From an uncultured Gammaproteobacteria bacterium (GTDB taxonomy: Bacteria; Pseudomonadota; Gammaproteobacteria; GCA-001735895): a stretch of 59,906 nucleotides of DNA. The DNA lies in NCBI GenBank assembly GCA_937936805.1, contig CALDDP010000180.1:1-59906 (forward strand), read 5' to 3'. This document shows positions 56,431 to 59,906 of this stretch, one piece after another; the stretch's first letter is position 1, and the number at the start of each line of letters is the position of its first letter. The notes beneath the pieces were generated by a model that was not told the DNA's origin, ran no database searches, and saw only the letters and a program-made list of their open reading frames with translations. Position numbers and translations under genes: made by a program.

Positions 56431-57738
56431 CTACCCCAGCACCGAAAAACTACTGTCCTGATTGACTTCGCGCAGGCGTGAATAAAAGCCACTCGAGAAA
56501 GTATGGTTGATATATTTCAAATGGAATTCAACTGGCGTGTTGTCCTGGTCGTTACCGTTTTGCGTGGCTTCGATAATATCCGCCATCAGTTCGCCTGCAA
56601 TCGGCGCATTTTTGAACTGGTTGCCGCTGGTGCCGATCGCGAGGTAAAAACCGGGCAGGTCCGAATGATCGTATATCGGGATCCAGTCATCGGTGACATC
56701 GTACAGGTCAACCACGCCGCGGGCCTGGTTTGGCACCTCCAGTTCGGGCACGCGCTGGCACACGCGCAATACCTGCACCTTCCATTGTTCGCTGAATTCC
56801 CGGTTGTAGTCATCCGGATCGACCCACTCATGCTTGTCCACGGGCGGATCCTCGCTGCCGATCAACAGATAATTGCCGCGCTCCGGCCGCGTATAGACGC
56901 CGATGTCGCTGTCGGAGGTCACGCAGGCGGTTGCGGCGTTATAGCCTTCGGGCACAGGCACATGGGCGACTTCCTGACGCAGGGCGCGGGTTTTTACCGA
57001 CATCGATTTTTCAACATCGGCCAGGCGATTGATCCCGGACGAATGTGGACCCGCTGCGTTAAGAACCACTGGCGCATTCAGGGTCTCACCGCCGGCAAGG
57101 CTTACACCGCAAACCCGGCCGGACGCGGTTTGAATGCCGTTGACTTCGGCATTATAGATAAACTCGCCACCTGCCTGTTGCGCCGCGCGCATGATGTTGT
57201 GCGTCGCCAGCTGCGGATCCGAAATATAACCGGCCGCGTGAAACAGCACGCCGCCGCTTAACGATTCCTTGTTGGCGATACCGAACTGTGGATCGTCCGG
57301 ACGCTTCACCGGGAAAAAAGACTGAGTATTCCACACCGGCAACTTGTCACGAATTTCCTCCGCATTGAGTTCACTGTAAGGCGAGTCGAGCTGGTCCATC
57401 AATGCCATCGTCGGTCGCATGTAATCATTTTGCTCGGTCTTCATCACCAGCGAACCCACGTTGTGGTACTCGATCAAACCACGCTCATCGATATCCTCAC
57501 CGCCCAGGTATTCGGCCCAGTTTTTCCAGTAAAAGTGGGATTCATAGGCCATCGCGGAGCCGTCGAGGGTCGAGTAATAGGGTCGAATGATCGCGCAGGA
57601 GCCGGAAGTCGAGCCGTAACCCGCCGCCGGCAGGCGATCGAGATTTAAAACTTTCCAGCCCTTTCGACCGAGCGCCAGCGAAGTAGCACAGCCAATGATA
57701 CCGGCCCCGATAATGATTGCGTCGTATGATTTTGCCAT
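56431..57738 (-). CDS. DAO-family FAD-dependent oxidoreductase (sarcosine-oxidase-beta-like)
   Basis: 435 aa. YDAIIIGAGIIGCATS dinucleotide fold and a C-terminal GTSGNQFKNAPIAG motif. Confidence 0.75.
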   Translation of the reverse strand: MAKSYDAIIIGAGIIGCATSLALGRKGWKVLNLDRLPAAGYGSTSGSCAIIRPYYSTLDGSAMAYESHFYWKNWAEYLGGEDIDERGLIEYHNVGSLVMKTEQNDYMRPTMALMDQLDSPYSELNAEEIRDKLPVWNTQSFFPVKRPDDPQFGIANKESLSGGVLFHAAGYISDPQLATHNIMRAAQQAGGEFIYNAEVNGIQTASGRVCGVSLAGGETLNAPVVLNAAGPHSSGINRLADVEKSMSVKTRALRQEVAHVPVPEGYNAATACVTSDSDIGVYTRPERGNYLLIGSEDPPVDKHEWVDPDDYNREFSEQWKVQVLRVCQRVPELEVPNQARGVVDLYDVTDDWIPIYDHSDLPGFYLAIGTSGNQFKNAPIAGELMADIIEATQNGNDQDNTPVEFHLKYINHTFSSGFYSRLREVNQDSSFSVLG

Positions 57739-57744
57739 ATTTTT

Positions 57745-58590
57745 TTACCTGTTCTGCTGCAGCAACCGTTGCAGATATTTCTGGATTTCGTGCGGGTGCA
57801 CCGTCGCGATACGAATAAGATCGTCAAAGCGATCGGTCAGTTTACGTATGTGATCGATGCTGTTAACGATGACGTACAGGTGGCCGAGAAAAACCGTCGC
57901 GCGCATGGGGCCGAAGATGGTAAACGACGCCGAATAAGTCTGCTTGCCATCATAAAGATACCAGCGAAAGCCCGGGTAAAGCTCATCGTTGAGCTCGACC
58001 ATGCGTTCGAGTTGCTCGCGTCGATCGCGTATCGGCAATCCCTGCCATATACCTTCACCTGCGGCGAAGCTCTGCAGATGCTGCACCGACATACAGGTTT
58101 CGAGCTCGCTGCCGGGATGTCGCTGCTGCAACAGCAACAACTGATTATCGCGCACTGACTGGTCGACCTTGCCCGAACCGTAACGATTGAACTCGTACTC
58201 GGCGACGGCTTCTGTTTTCAACAAATCCGGCAGTGTAGTCGGTACATAGCGAATCTTGTAACCACTGGCCTGACGATGCCATTCCAGGGTTTTTTCGAAA
58301 ATGGTGGCCGAATAGTCGTCGACCTGGAAGGCCTCGGGCAGAATATTGGCGCCCATCGGTCCCTGCCGGGTAAGACCCAGTAACCAGTCGATGCTGACCT
58401 GGTGAACTTCGGCTATCGAGGCCAGCGTATCGGCTCGTGGCAGCCGGATGTTATCTGCCGCAAGCAACTGCGACAGGGTCGAACGATCGACCTTGATCGA
58501 TACCGCGAAAGCCGAACGATTGAGGCCGCTATGCGTGATCACCTGTTGCAATCTATCCTGGAACAGCATCACCCGTTCCTGCAGCTTCAT
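57745..58590 (-). CDS. XRE-family helix-turn-helix regulator with a C-terminal sensor-like domain of about 200 aa
   Basis: N-terminal HTH (GLNRSAFAVSIKVDRSTLSQLL...IAEVHQVSIDWLLGL). By eye the C-terminal part loosely resembles DUF5753/Scr1-type domains; this is low confidence. Its ATG overlaps the MttB stop (ATGA). Confidence 0.7.
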   Translation of the reverse strand: MKLQERVMLFQDRLQQVITHSGLNRSAFAVSIKVDRSTLSQLLAADNIRLPRADTLASIAEVHQVSIDWLLGLTRQGPMGANILPEAFQVDDYSATIFEKTLEWHRQASGYKIRYVPTTLPDLLKTEAVAEYEFNRYGSGKVDQSVRDNQLLLLQQRHPGSELETCMSVQHLQSFAAGEGIWQGLPIRDRREQLERMVELNDELYPGFRWYLYDGKQTYSASFTIFGPMRATVFLGHLYVIVNSIDHIRKLTDRFDDLIRIATVHPHEIQKYLQRLLQQNR

Positions 58591-59906
58591 CGCGCTAGTT
58601 CCAGTTCACGCCGACGCTCGTCGGCGTACTCTTTCAGTGACTCGCGCCTCGATTCATCCATAGCCGGCGCTTCATATTCCTCGAGTTTCCGCCGGTAAAC
58701 CTTATTGGCCCGTTGAAAAGCGGTTTGCTCGCCATTATCGTACCAGGTTTCAAAATTACTCCAGTCCGAAACCAGGGGTTCGTAAAACGCCGTGGTGTAG
58801 TTCTCTTTGGTGTGCTCGGTACCAAAAAAATGCCCGCCATGTCCGGCCTCGCGAATCGCATCCAGCGCCAGCGTCGACTCGTCCACCTGCAGCGGGGTCA
58901 GCGTTTCACGCATCATTTGCAACATATCGATGTCGATGATGAATTTTTCGAATGACGCGCATAATCCGCCTTCGAGCCAGCCGGCAGCATGCTTGATTAC
59001 CTGGGCATGCCCCATAACCGCGCCCCAGAGAGACATCTGCGATTCCCACGCGGCTTGCGCATCGACACAATTCGATGCGTTGGTATTCGACGAGCGGAAC
59101 GGCAATCCGTAGCGCCTCGCGAGTTGCCCGCTGGCCCAGGCGGCGCGCGTATATTCAGGCGTGCCGAAGGCTGGCGCACCGCTACGCATATCAGCATTCG
59201 AGGTAAAACCACCATAAACCATCGGTGCCCCCGGGTTGACGATTTGCGATAGCGAGATTACGCCGAGCGCCTCCGCGTTTTGCTGCGCCAGGGCACCGGC
59301 AATCGTAATTGGACACATCGCACCTGACAGGGTAAACGGGGTCACAATAGTCGGCTGCCCGAACTCGGCCATTTCAATCAGCCCATCCAGCATCGGCCCA
59401 TCGACCCGCAACGGAGAATTGGTATTGACCACGGTGATGATGCTCGGTTCGGATTTGAGTGTCTCCAGCTCAACACCACGCGCAATAGCTGTCATCTCGA
59501 TGCCATCCATGACGCGTCCGCCACCGAGGCAATAGAGCGAAAATGCCCGGTCGGTCAACGTGAATGCAGCCAGAGTTGCGTCGAGATGACGGGTTTCGGG
59601 AGGTTTGTCGACCGGCTCGACCGGGTATCCACTAAGGAAATCGATGACGTCAAAACTTTGCGTCAGGCGCAGGAAATTACAGTAATCTTCAAAATTGCCG
59701 GTGCGTCGTCCCCCTTCCAGATCCGAGCTATTGGGCGCGCTGGCAACTGTCGTAAAATTGATCGCATTACGCCCTATCAGGCGGTTACGTTCAGGATTGG
59801 GAGCGTATAACGTAAATTCCGCAGGAACCGTATCGATGAGCTCCATCAACCTGTTGCGATCGAGATACACTCGCTGCGTATCCCAGTCCACGCGCGCGCC
59901 ATCCTG
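58587..59906 (-). CDS. MttB-superfamily non-pyrrolysine methyltransferase (paralogue 2), 5'-truncated by the window edge
   Basis: The frame is open to base 59906 (QDGARVDWDTQ...); the tracked start is an internal GTG. Shares family blocks with the 15457 copy (LSGAMCPIT, HAAGWLEGGL, GHGGHFF). No in-frame amber codon. Confidence 0.85.
   Translation of the reverse strand, partial: QDGARVDWDTQRVYLDRNRLMELIDTVPAEFTLYAPNPERNRLIGRNAINFTTVASAPNSSDLEGGRRTGNFEDYCNFLRLTQSFDVIDFLSGYPVEPVDKPPETRHLDATLAAFTLTDRAFSLYCLGGGRVMDGIEMTAIARGVELETLKSEPSIITVVNTNSPLRVDGPMLDGLIEMAEFGQPTIVTPFTLSGAMCPITIAGALAQQNAEALGVISLSQIVNPGAPMVYGGFTSNADMRSGAPAFGTPEYTRAAWASGQLARRYGLPFRSSNTNASNCVDAQAAWESQMSLWGAVMGHAQVIKHAAGWLEGGLCASFEKFIIDIDMLQMMRETLTPLQVDESTLALDAIREAGHGGHFFGTEHTKENYTTAFYEPLVSDWSNFETWYDNGEQTAFQRANKVYRRKLEEYEAPAMDESRRESLKEYADERRRELELAR

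Noticed and set aside
54971-56461. A 496-aa plus-strand ORF antisense to the third DMGDH-like gene; similar long antisense ORFs occur elsewhere.
   Set aside because: Its codons are exactly phase-aligned with the sense codons, since 56425-54973 is divisible by 3. It therefore stays open simply because the sense gene avoids TTA/CTA/TCA. The translation is low-complexity (Arg/Gly/His-rich) with no motifs, while the sense strand has clear family signatures.
1-59906. Scanned for CRISPR arrays, IS elements/transposases, integrases, prophage genes, rRNA/tRNA genes and known defence-system genes.
   Set aside because: I found no regularly spaced direct repeats, no transposase or integrase-like ORFs, and no RNA-gene signatures. 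The only repeat structures are those reported (48-bp tandem, 19-bp IR element, GCGGCA array).

Overview
A 59.9-kb chromosomal segment from a flagellated Gammaproteobacterium, probably marine; that guess rests only on gene content and sigma54-type flagellar promoters. I found no rRNA, tRNA, CRISPR array, IS element or integrase. Contents in order: (1) c-di-GMP signalling genes: a 5'-truncated GGDEF-EAL protein, a 1287-aa HK-REC-HPt-REC-EAL fusion and a membrane GGDEF cyclase. (2) A small eroded islet holding a DUF2075 stump and two Sel1-repeat secreted proteins. (3) ibpA with a sigma32 promoter and a ROSE-like thermometer hairpin. (4) Two methylated-amine catabolic modules built around non-pyrrolysine MttB-family methyltransferases and three paralogous DMGDH/SARDH-type FAD+GcvT dehydrogenases (10.7-18.5 kb and 54.0-59.9 kb). 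(5) A VWA / coiled-coil membrane gene pair and an acyltransferase-esterase fusion. (6) A tightly packed ispF-nagZ-mscS-hpt-MTAP-nudix string, then ctaA, an M48 peptidase and an SH3 protein. (7) flgFEDCB divergent from flgA-flgM-flgN, with recognisable sigma54 and sigma28 promoters. (8) dapC-dapD-arsC-dapE-gluQ. (9) A complete ccmABCDEFGHI cluster, including a ccmD missing from the ORF track. The best candidate for an undescribed system is the MttB + 2x DMGDH-like operon with a divergent omega-aminotransferase, together with its second copy carrying an embedded HTH regulator. Neither copy has a visible corrinoid-protein partner in this window. Secondary candidates are a GCGGCA-motif array in the flgB/flgA control region, a 153-bp element bounded by 19-bp inverted repeats between dapD and arsC, an orphan terminator suggesting an sRNA, the fused phosphorelay-EAL protein, and the PlsC-esterase fusion. 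All family calls come from reading motifs by eye; no searches were run.
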